A stretch of DNA of 55,416 nucleotides from an uncultured Candidatus Saccharibacteria bacterium. Lineage in GTDB: Bacteria; Patescibacteriota; Saccharimonadia; Saccharimonadales; JAUPVS01. The position numbers were made by a program, and so were the translations under genes. The notes under the pieces are model-generated. The model did not search any database and was not told the DNA's origin. It saw nothing but the letters and a program-made list of their open reading frames with translations. Of the stretch, positions 1 through 7,154 are shown piece by piece. The DNA lies in NCBI GenBank assembly GCA_964462215.1, contig CAYWVZ010000006.1, forward strand, positions 1 through 55,416, in the 5' to 3' direction. How positions within the stretch are numbered: the stretch's first letter is position 1; every line of letters starts with the position of its first letter.

Positions 1-1857
1 ACTGAAGAGGCCGCCGACACTGATGTCGTTGCCGTAGGTCCGGAGGTAGGGTTTGTTTGTAATATGATAATCTGTGGAACACAAACTAGACTGTTCGGCA
101 GAACTTACCTCGGTATCAGGTATATTGTTCCATCGCACCCGCCACCTTGCCTCATAAGTCCCTTGTGTGCCGAGCTGGAAACCGCTAAATGTCCTGGTGT
201 ACGTGCTGGGCGCTATGGCGTCCGGGCTTGTCTGTTCCGCATTAGTCGCGCTAACCATGTTGGCGACTATATCGTAGCGCAGCGACCTGCCCTGTGCCCC
301 CGGACTATAGTTAACCCCAAAGGTGGCGCCAAAAGACTGGCCAGGCTCGGGGTTTTCCGGATTTAAACTAAAACTAGTATTGCATGTAGGCGGCGCGCAA
401 GCCGGTATATTTCTGGGACTGCTATTGAGTTCAATATTCGAGGCGCCGGGAAGCGCCAACGCATACACATACACGTTCGTGCCATACGCATCATAGAACG
501 GCTCTATGGCCGAGCGGGGAATCTCGAAGCCGTAATCGGTATACGAATCACCCGGGAAATAGGCATTGCGCACGTCAGGCCTGGAAACCACTTTGTAGTA
601 ATAAAATCCGCCTGACTGCTTGCCTGCTGGCGGGTTGCCTGAACCGGTCCAAGGCCGGAACTGGCCGATCTTCCTGTTTGTCCCGTTCCAGGGTGCATCC
701 AGAAAAACATCCAGCCACGGCTTATTCTGACGATCGCTCGGATGAAGCGCCCACCCCCAAATACTGCTGCAACTCGCACCATCAAGCGTGCCTTTCGGTG
801 ACTGGTAGCAAGTTGGTGCCGCAGTGTTTATATCATCAAACGGAAACCACAACTGTAACCCATTATTGGCACGTACGTTCTGCCAGGTCCATGTAAAAAT
901 ATCTCCCGGCTGCACACCTGTTATTGAACGGGAGCCGTATTCGCCGTCACCCCCAAGTGCAGCCCCGCTCACCATTATATTCTGTATTGTCTGGCCATCG
1001 CGTACCTGGCTAAGTGTAAAGTAGAGGTTCGGGTTCCACCAGTTAGGGTTAAAGACCGCATCGGCATCATACCATTGCAGATTAAAGGAGCTATTGGCCG
1101 CTATATTGCAGTTAGCCTTAAATTGAAATGCCATACTGTCGGTGTGGGTTGTACCACCACCTATGTTCTGGGAGGGATTGCGGTTTTGGATAGCTACAGG
1201 GAGACTATTATTAATCCTGGCATGCGCAATAAAGCCCGCTTTTCCGTAAGATGCTTCCACCCGAAAGCCATTAATATTCCCCGGCGTTATGTATGCATCA
1301 TAAGGAGCATCGTAGAGACCCATGCCTATTTCTATATAATAATTATACTTTTGGTTCAGGTCTGACTGCTCTACCGTAGCGGAATTTATAGAGATAGGGA
1401 TATAGTCACTCCAACCGCCCGATGCCCCTCCTTCGATCCAGTGGGCGTAAATAGGACCTATACAATTGGTGGTTGGACGTTCCTGTCTGTCTAAAGCACA
1501 AACCTTTGCGTACGCCATATTCTGCAGGGCACTGCAGCTGCCAACCGGCTTGCCAGTAGCCGACCCGTAGTCTATCGGCGAGTTTTGGTGCATACAGAAA
1601 TCGTAAACCCGAAAAGATCTATCATTAGGGGTGTCGTATGTTAATTTGGCATAAGATTTGAGAGCATTAAGGGTGTTATCCGGCGGGTTTTGCTTGGATG
1701 TTTCCATATAGATGCTGGACCAATTTGGGCCAATTGCTGTAGACGGGAACTCATCGGGCCACCCATAAATAGCACTTGCACTGCCGCCCATTCCCACAAT
1801 CACCCCCGCAGTAAGTGCTACCAGGATACTAGGCCAAACAGCCCTACGCCATTTCAT
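1..1857 (-). CDS. Large secreted/cell-surface protein, N-terminal 619 aa only (gene runs off the window start)
   Basis: Absent from the supplied ORF track because no stop lies in the window. Minus-strand ATG at 1855-1857 is followed by 619 sense codons down to nt 1. I checked every + strand triplet 1-3, 4-6, ... for tta/cta/tca and found none. N-terminus MKWRRAVWPSILVALTAGVIVGMGGSASA has basic residues plus a hydrophobic span (signal peptide or anchor). The rest is Cys/Trp/Asn/Gly/Tyr-rich with no family I recognise. ATGA overlap with the stop of the upstream gene. Confidence 0.75.
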   Translation of the reverse strand, partial: MKWRRAVWPSILVALTAGVIVGMGGSASAIYGWPDEFPSTAIGPNWSSIYMETSKQNPPDNTLNALKSYAKLTYDTPNDRSFRVYDFCMHQNSPIDYGSATGKPVGSCSALQNMAYAKVCALDRQERPTTNCIGPIYAHWIEGGASGGWSDYIPISINSATVEQSDLNQKYNYYIEIGMGLYDAPYDAYITPGNINGFRVEASYGKAGFIAHARINNSLPVAIQNRNPSQNIGGGTTHTDSMAFQFKANCNIAANSSFNLQWYDADAVFNPNWWNPNLYFTLSQVRDGQTIQNIMVSGAALGGDGEYGSRSITGVQPGDIFTWTWQNVRANNGLQLWFPFDDINTAAPTCYQSPKGTLDGASCSSIWGWALHPSDRQNKPWLDVFLDAPWNGTNRKIGQFRPWTGSGNPPAGKQSGGFYYYKVVSRPDVRNAYFPGDSYTDYGFEIPRSAIEPFYDAYGTNVYVYALALPGASNIELNSSPRNIPACAPPTCNTSFSLNPENPEPGQSFGATFGVNYSPGAQGRSLRYDIVANMVSATNAEQTSPDAIAPSTYTRTFSGFQLGTQGTYEARWRVRWNNIPDTEVSSAEQSSLCSTDYHITNKPYLRTYGNDISVGGLFS

Positions 1858-2411
1858 TGCCGTTCAACTCCGATTGGCGTGCCGGTGGTAACGATAGTTT
1901 CTAGTTTAGCGGCAGTTTCTTGATCGCGCGGCAGAGGACTGTCTTTCAACACAACAATGGCGCGTTCATAAAAAGCATTGCCAGGTTCTTTTCTACCAAG
2001 GTCATATTCATAGCCGCCATTCATGACCAGGGCATTGATGTTTTGGGGGTCTAATAATAAGATCTGGTTATTGCTGGCTATGGCACACTCATAATCCTTT
2101 TCCGTCGCACACAGGTTTGACCGTGCCATGTATAAATTAACTTTCTTTTCAGTCTCCGGTGTTTGGGCGATTATAGCGTCTATGTTGGCAAGGGCTCCCG
2201 CTAAGTCATTATTTTCGAGGGGTCTGGCGGCATTCTGTAATTCAATGGCTTCTGCCGATAAGGCACTGTAATCCGGCACCTTGGATTGCTGATGTTTACG
2301 ATATACCATCCAGCCACCCCAGATAACGGCAGCTACTAGGCCCGCAGCTATAATAACGATAACAATAATTAGGAAAGGCTTTCTCGCCGGCGGATTTACA
2401 GGTTTGGCCAT
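1854..2411 (-). CDS. Membrane-anchored helical-repeat (TPR-like) protein
   Basis: 185-aa ORF starting at ATG 2411. N-terminal TM span FLIIVIVIIAAGLVAAVIWGGWMV. The remainder is helical-repeat-like (LYMARSNLCATEKDYECAIASNNQILLLDPQNINAL...). Its stop overlaps the next ATG (ATGA, 1854-1857), suggesting translational coupling with the large secreted protein. Confidence 0.6.
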   Translation of the reverse strand: MAKPVNPPARKPFLIIVIVIIAAGLVAAVIWGGWMVYRKHQQSKVPDYSALSAEAIELQNAARPLENNDLAGALANIDAIIAQTPETEKKVNLYMARSNLCATEKDYECAIASNNQILLLDPQNINALVMNGGYEYDLGRKEPGNAFYERAIVVLKDSPLPRDQETAAKLETIVTTGTPIGVERQ

Positions 2412-2478
2412 CTTGAGCCCATTATAACATTGCTTATGCTTTTGTGAATGGCGCAGCGACTTTCTGCCGCCAGCAAGA

Positions 2479-2673
2479 CTACTGGAGCTTGGCTGCTAAC
2501 AGGGTAGTGGCCGGCCGGGTACGCGGTACAGCCGGAGCTTCTGCCCCTTCAAATGCTTTAATAGAACCACAGCGCCGGCACTTTATTTCTATGCGACCGG
2601 TAAAAAACGGGCTCTTAAACAGTAGTTTGCCGCAATCACAACGATACTCATTTGGCTGGCCTGCCGCTGTCAT
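2479..2673 (-). CDS. Small Com-like zinc-ribbon protein
   Basis: MTAAGQPNEYRCDCGKLLFKSPFFTGRIEIKCRRCGSI... has the pattern CxC-KLLFK-...-IEIKC-RC, as in phage Mu Com-type zinc ribbons. ATG 2673 has AAAGGGA 5-6 nt upstream. The ORF-track start at 2715 is a TTG with no SD. Confidence 0.5.
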   Translation of the reverse strand: MTAAGQPNEYRCDCGKLLFKSPFFTGRIEIKCRRCGSIKAFEGAEAPAVPRTRPATTLLAAKLQ

Positions 2674-2752
2674 AGGTTCCCTTTCTTGAATAATCAAGTG
2701 CTGAGGACGAGCCAAACGGTCCGCCCTCAGGCAGCATTATTTTCGCAACCTA

Positions 2753-2770
2753 TTCTTAAAAAGTTCTTAA
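2753..2770 (+). promoter_or_regulatory. Direct repeat TTCTTAA-N4-TTCTTAA (11-bp phasing); candidate OmpR/PhoB-type response-regulator box upstream of the regulator's own gene
   Basis: TTCTTAA at 2753-2759 and 2764-2770, with an inverted copy TTAAGAA at 2816-2822. It sits inside the 16-mer AACCTATTCTTAAAAA (2747-2762), which recurs exactly at 52268-52283. Located 77-94 nt upstream of the regulator ATG at 2847. Confidence 0.4.
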
Positions 2771-2846
2771 TTATTAAATTTTCTATGGTGTTGTGTATAA
2801 AAAGTTAATAAGTTTTTAAGAATTGTATTATTAAATAAAGCCAGTA

Positions 2847-3527
2847 ATGAGTAAACTTCTCGTCGTTGAAGACAATGAACCATTGGCCGCTAGTCTGCAG
2901 AACTGGTTAAGTAAGCAGCACCAGGTTTCGGTTGTCTCCACCGGCCAAGAGGCGTTGTCTCACCTAAAGGAAGATGAGTACGACCTGATTATCCTTGACC
3001 TGGGCCTGCCGGATATGTCTGGCCAGGACGTTTGTACCGAACTGCGCTTAAACGGAGTTAAGACACCTTTGCTCATCCTAACGGCCACCGACGAAGTTAA
3101 CATGAAGGTTACCCTGCTCGACCTGGGTGCCGACGACTACCTGCTCAAACCGTTTTATATCGGCGAGCTGCAAGCCCGTCTGCGGGCTCTGCTGCGCCGC
3201 AGTAAGAACCCCAGCGAGGCCACCAGCGTACTAACGGTGGGCGACCTGGTGCTTGATCCGGCCCGGCGCCAGGTTACCCGCGGCGACAAAGTCATCCGTT
3301 TGCGGCGCAAGGAGTTCGATATTCTGGAATACCTGATGCACAATCGCGGTACGGTAGTAACACGCGCCATGATTATCAACAATGCCTGGGATGCCGGTAG
3401 CGACCGCTGGAATAATACGGTTGACGTACACGTCAAATATTTACGCGACAAGGTGGACAAGCCTTTTAAGCGTAAGCTTATCAAAACTGCATACGGGGTG
3501 GGCTATATGATTGATGACACCATGTAG
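2847..3527 (+). CDS. OmpR/PhoB-family two-component response regulator
   Basis: 226 aa. Receiver domain (LLVVEDNEP ... DLIILDLGLPDMSG ... LLKP) plus winged-helix output domain (LTVGDLVLDP ... RLRRKEFDILEYL ... TAYGVGYMI). Confidence 0.9.
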   Translation: MSKLLVVEDNEPLAASLQNWLSKQHQVSVVSTGQEALSHLKEDEYDLIILDLGLPDMSGQDVCTELRLNGVKTPLLILTATDEVNMKVTLLDLGADDYLLKPFYIGELQARLRALLRRSKNPSEATSVLTVGDLVLDPARRQVTRGDKVIRLRRKEFDILEYLMHNRGTVVTRAMIINNAWDAGSDRWNNTVDVHVKYLRDKVDKPFKRKLIKTAYGVGYMIDDTM

Positions 3528-3559
3528 CTAGTAGCGTAATATACAAGAAAGGAGAGGCC

Positions 3560-3667
3560 ATGAAAGACGTAATTGCCAGCATCTTAACTGATGCCAGCGC
3601 GCGCGACAGCAATACCGTTGAAGATACGTTAATGCAACAAGCAGTTGCGACGCCTTGGGCCAACTAA
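3560..3667 (+). CDS. Unannotated 35-aa peptide MKDVIASILTDASARDSNTVEDTLMQQAVATPWAN (candidate signalling/RiPP precursor)
   Basis: Below the ORF-track size cutoff. ATG 3560 is preceded by AAAGGAGAGG, with the GGAG core 5 nt upstream. 35 sense codons, then TAA at 3665-3667. It fills an otherwise unexplained 213-nt gap between regulator and kinase and is followed by a strong terminator. A single Trp sits 3 residues from the C-terminus. Confidence 0.5.
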   Translation: MKDVIASILTDASARDSNTVEDTLMQQAVATPWAN

Positions 3668-3695
3668 GATCTGTGACTGATCTTGGCCCATAAAT

Positions 3696-3730
3696 ACTGG
3701 GCGTTCTACTAAGGAACGCCCAGTTTTGTT
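3696..3730 (+). terminator. Rho-independent terminator/attenuator between the small ORF and the histidine kinase
   Basis: ACTGGGCGTTC (3696-3706), a 7-nt loop, then GAACGCCCAGT (3714-3724) form a perfect 11-bp stem followed by TTTTGTT. The T-tract abuts the kinase SD (AGGAG 3731-3735), leaving no room for a separate promoter. Confidence 0.7.
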
Positions 3731-3740
3731 AGGAGCTACT

Positions 3741-5114
3741 ATGCTAGAAAGACCGTACCGACAACTTATTGAACCGAAGTCATCCACCCCAGATAGCCGT
3801 AACCGCGAGTTAGTGCTCAATTGTTTACTCCTCGGGACTATACTACTAGCCACGCTAGCCTTGCTTAACACTATTATCAGCCTGGTGTTTTTTGATTATC
3901 AGTTTCTGGCGACGCGCATCATAGCAATTATAGCCGTACTCGTTTTTCTTATATCTTTATATGGTATCGTTCGCAAAGGCTTTCGAGCGGTCGGAGCCGT
4001 TATTCTAATAGGGGTGTTTTTCTTGATCGCCGCATATCTAGCTTATTATTGGGGCACCGTCACTCCTACTGCCGTCCTGATGTTTGGCTTTAGCATTATC
4101 ATGGCTGGCGTATTATTGAGCGCTCGCTATTCCCTCTATGTGGCGGGGGCTTCGATTGTGGCACTCGTGAGTCTCCAGTATTTGCAGGCCGGGATGCGTA
4201 TCCAGGCCGACCTCTCCTGGATGCAGCGACCAGCTACCATGGGTGATATTATTGGTTTTTGCGCCATCTACGGCGTACTGGCTTTGAGCAGCTGGCTCTT
4301 CAATCATCAGATGGAGCGGTCATTGCAGCGGGCTCAGCGGTCAGAGGCGGCCTTGTCGCAGCAAAAAGCCCTGTTAGAGGTCAAAGTCGAGGAACGTACC
4401 CGTCAGCTGGAGGCCGCGCAACTGGAAAAGATCCAGCACGTCTACCGCTTCGCCGAATTAGGGCGTACCAGCAGTGCCCTATTCCATGATCTGGCCAACC
4501 ATTTGACCAGCATGTCATTAGATATCGAAGGCCTGAAGTCGCGCGGGCGCTCCGATATCATGCAGCGCATCAAAAATGACGTTCAGTACATTGATGATGT
4601 CGTGCAGCGGGTTCGTTTCCAGCTGCGCGGCCAAACCAAAACCGAGGAATTCAATGTCGCCAAAGAAATCACTCAGGTTATTAAGATTCTTAAGTACAAA
4701 ACCGGCCAGGCCCGCACTACCATTAAAGTCACTAAAGTCTCCCGCAAGCCAATTATGTATGTTGGTGATGTAACCCGCTTCCGGCAGTTGATCATCAACC
4801 TGCTCAGCAATGCTATCGAAGCCTACCCGCCGCCCACGGGACGGCCCACTGAGCAGCGGTTGGTGGATGTCAAAATTGAACAATTATTTGATGCAATCGT
4901 TTGTATCACTGTAACAGATTGGGGCGTGGGCATTAAGCCGGCCCAAAAGCGCAAAGTCTTTGAGCCTTTTTACAGCAAAAAACCCGAAGGAACGGGCATC
5001 GGATTATTCATCGTCAAGCAAATCATCGAGCAGGATATGCACGGTACCATCAAGCTCACTAGCAGCCCTAAACGCGGCACGGTCTTTACGGTGCATCTGC
5101 CGACTTCGTCATGA
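3741..5114 (+). CDS. Sensor histidine kinase with polytopic (about six TM) membrane sensor
   Basis: The ORF-track start at 3726 is a TTG inside the terminator T-tract. ATG 3741 has AGGAG 5 nt upstream. Six hydrophobic spans lie in the first ~190 aa with no large external loop. These are followed by a coiled coil, H-box FHDLANHL, N-box LLSNAIEA, and G-boxes DWGVGI / GTGIGL. Confidence 0.9.
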   Translation: MLERPYRQLIEPKSSTPDSRNRELVLNCLLLGTILLATLALLNTIISLVFFDYQFLATRIIAIIAVLVFLISLYGIVRKGFRAVGAVILIGVFFLIAAYLAYYWGTVTPTAVLMFGFSIIMAGVLLSARYSLYVAGASIVALVSLQYLQAGMRIQADLSWMQRPATMGDIIGFCAIYGVLALSSWLFNHQMERSLQRAQRSEAALSQQKALLEVKVEERTRQLEAAQLEKIQHVYRFAELGRTSSALFHDLANHLTSMSLDIEGLKSRGRSDIMQRIKNDVQYIDDVVQRVRFQLRGQTKTEEFNVAKEITQVIKILKYKTGQARTTIKVTKVSRKPIMYVGDVTRFRQLIINLLSNAIEAYPPPTGRPTEQRLVDVKIEQLFDAIVCITVTDWGVGIKPAQKRKVFEPFYSKKPEGTGIGLFIVKQIIEQDMHGTIKLTSSPKRGTVFTVHLPTSS

Positions 5115-7102
5115 GAGATGCGGCCTTGACTGTTTCGATTAATCGAGCAACGGTCTGCGGCCTGAAATATATCCGGGCCCAGCAACAAGCCAACGGCGGA
5201 TTCATTAGCCAGTCAAGCCCGCGGCAAACACCGTGGCAACCGGCCTATCACTATCGAACGGTTTTCGTGCCAGCCCTGATGCTGGCTAGCTTAGCGGGCC
5301 AAACAAGTAGGGCTGCTCTGGAGATACGGCAAAAATTAGCCGGTTTTTTACTGACCCAAAAAGGCCCGCACTGGTCGTTTAACTACTGGGCTAAACGGAC
5401 GCCGGAACGCCGTACCATGCCCTATCCGGACGATTTGGACGATACGTTTTGCGCTTTAATCGGCCTGCACCTTCATGATCCGTCCCTGGTAGGTGAGTCG
5501 GCGCTGGCCCAGGTCGTCAAATTACTGGTGGCTACCGAAACAGCCGTCGGCGGGCCATACCGTACCTGGCTGGTAGCGCCCAAGGCCGATCCTAAAGACG
5601 TCTGGCAAGACATCGACTTGGCTGTTAATGCCAATATTGCCTACTTCATAGCTTCGGTTGGCAGCCGTTTGCCGCAACTTGACGCGTTGTTCCAAACCGC
5701 TATCCGGCAACAGCAATACCGTTCACCCTACTACCCTTCCGCCTATCCTATTTGGTACTACCTGGCTCGCGCCAGCTCTGTGCAGATGCGGCCGGCCCTG
5801 CGCCAGACCATCAAGCAAGCCTGGCGGCAGAACAAACAACCAACTCCTCTGGAGACGGCGTTGGTGTTAACCAGTTTATGCCGGCTGGGCGCACCGGCCG
5901 GGCAGCCGCAGCGTTTGGCCAAGCAGTTGCTGGCCGCCCAGCTGCCAGACGGCTCGTGGCCGGCCGCCGCGTTCTGTATCGACCCGGCCCGGCAGCAACG
6001 CCATCACTATCACGGCAGTAGCGCCCTCACAACAGCCTTCGCTCTGGAGGCCCTGGAACGATACCGGCAGTCAAACCAAGCCGAGGCAACCGCACCAGCT
6101 CGTAAACCAGCCGCCAAAGCCGATCCGCGGGCCGGGCGTTTACAGCAGCGCATCCTAACCCAAGCCAGCCGCCAGGCTGACCAGCTGCAGCCTGACCTCC
6201 GGCGGCAATTAAACACGTTCTTGCAGCGAGTTGTCAAAGGTGACACTAAACACGAAATTACCCTACTGCCCTACCTGTTCACAAGGTCTTTGGCGCGTCC
6301 GGCCAAACTGCCTGATTCTTTGTTCATTAACTTTGGTTTGGCCAATCTGTACGGCTGGGTGGCCTATACCATTTATGATGACTTTTTAGACGATGAGGGC
6401 GACCCGCGTTTGCTGTCGGCAGCCAACGTTGCTCTGCGTAATTCTGTGCTCAGTTTTCAGCGGGCCTTGCCCGGTAAGACCGCCTTCCAAAAGCTGGTCG
6501 AACAAACCTTTAACACTATAGATAACGCCAATACCTGGGAAGTTACCCATTGCCGTTTCGCGGTAGACGGCCAATCGATCAAAATCGGCGCGCTGCCGCG
6601 TTACGGCGGGCGGCAAAAACTGGCCGAACGTTCGCTGGGGCACGGCTTGACGCCGCTAGGTATTCTGGTGGCCCGGGGAGCCAGCCTTAACAGCCCGGGT
6701 GTACAGGCCATTGAACAAGCCTTTCGGCATTATTTGATTGCCCGGCAGCTCAACGACGATGCGCACGACTGGAAAGAGGATGTCCAAAAGGGTCATATCA
6801 CCTACGTAGTGGTTTGCATCCTGCAAGAGATGGGCTTGAGCGGGCAACAATCGTTTGCGGATTTATTGCCAACCATGGAACGGCAGTTCTGGCACCATAC
6901 TTTGCCGCGGGTCTGCCGCGATATCCAGCGTCATATAGCCCGGGCGAGGCGATTGCTGGCTAAAAACTCGTATCTGTACCCTGTTAATGCGCTGACAGTT
7001 TTGCTTGATGGGATTGAAGCTTCGACCCAAGAAGCCATAGATAGCCAGCGGCAAACCGTACAATTCCTGCAAAGTTACCGGGGTCAAAAAACAAATTCTT
7101 AA
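5111..7102 (+). CDS. Two-domain isoprenoid-enzyme-like protein: N-terminal prenyltransferase/terpene-cyclase-repeat (alpha/alpha toroid) domain fused to a C-terminal class-I isoprenoid-synthase-like domain
   Basis: 663 aa, with ATGA overlap with the kinase stop (5111-5114). N-terminal domain: QQANGGF, AVGGPY, LPDGSWP repeats and YPDDLDDTFCAL (DxDDT, nt 5429-5446). C-terminal domain: YDDFLDDEGD (6377-6397) and, 125 aa later, LNDDAHDWKED (6752-6781). The CDS call is secure. The function is inferred from motifs only. Confidence 0.6.
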   Translation: MRDAALTVSINRATVCGLKYIRAQQQANGGFISQSSPRQTPWQPAYHYRTVFVPALMLASLAGQTSRAALEIRQKLAGFLLTQKGPHWSFNYWAKRTPERRTMPYPDDLDDTFCALIGLHLHDPSLVGESALAQVVKLLVATETAVGGPYRTWLVAPKADPKDVWQDIDLAVNANIAYFIASVGSRLPQLDALFQTAIRQQQYRSPYYPSAYPIWYYLARASSVQMRPALRQTIKQAWRQNKQPTPLETALVLTSLCRLGAPAGQPQRLAKQLLAAQLPDGSWPAAAFCIDPARQQRHHYHGSSALTTAFALEALERYRQSNQAEATAPARKPAAKADPRAGRLQQRILTQASRQADQLQPDLRRQLNTFLQRVVKGDTKHEITLLPYLFTRSLARPAKLPDSLFINFGLANLYGWVAYTIYDDFLDDEGDPRLLSAANVALRNSVLSFQRALPGKTAFQKLVEQTFNTIDNANTWEVTHCRFAVDGQSIKIGALPRYGGRQKLAERSLGHGLTPLGILVARGASLNSPGVQAIEQAFRHYLIARQLNDDAHDWKEDVQKGHITYVVVCILQEMGLSGQQSFADLLPTMERQFWHHTLPRVCRDIQRHIARARRLLAKNSYLYPVNALTVLLDGIEASTQEAIDSQRQTVQFLQSYRGQKTNS

Positions 7103-7147
7103 ATAGTTATTAATTTTTGCGGGGTTAGCAGCGGACTTTAGTATAAT
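7096..7147 (+). promoter_or_regulatory. radC promoter region: TTCTTAA/TTATTAA 11-bp-phased repeats plus TATAAT placed 7 nt before the ATG
   Basis: TTCTTAA at 7096-7102 (includes the TAA stop of the upstream gene) and TTATTAA at 7107-7113. TATAAT at 7142-7147, ATG at 7155, and no SD in between. Confidence 0.4.
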
Positions 7148-7154
7148 AAGCCAT

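Noticed and set aside
64-1923. Short + strand ORFs (64-366, 678-896, 824-1024, 1075-1365, 1690-1923) and the minus-strand ORF 504-785
   Set aside because: They fall inside the single uninterrupted 619-codon minus-strand frame (1-1857), which has a start codon, a signal-like N-terminus and translational coupling to the upstream gene. The short ORFs are in other frames and look like noise.
2479-2715. Com-like zinc-ribbon gene taken as evidence of a Mu-like prophage
   Set aside because: No other phage genes lie nearby or anywhere in the window (no integrase, terminase, capsid or mom). Small Com-type zinc ribbons also occur as stand-alone chromosomal genes.
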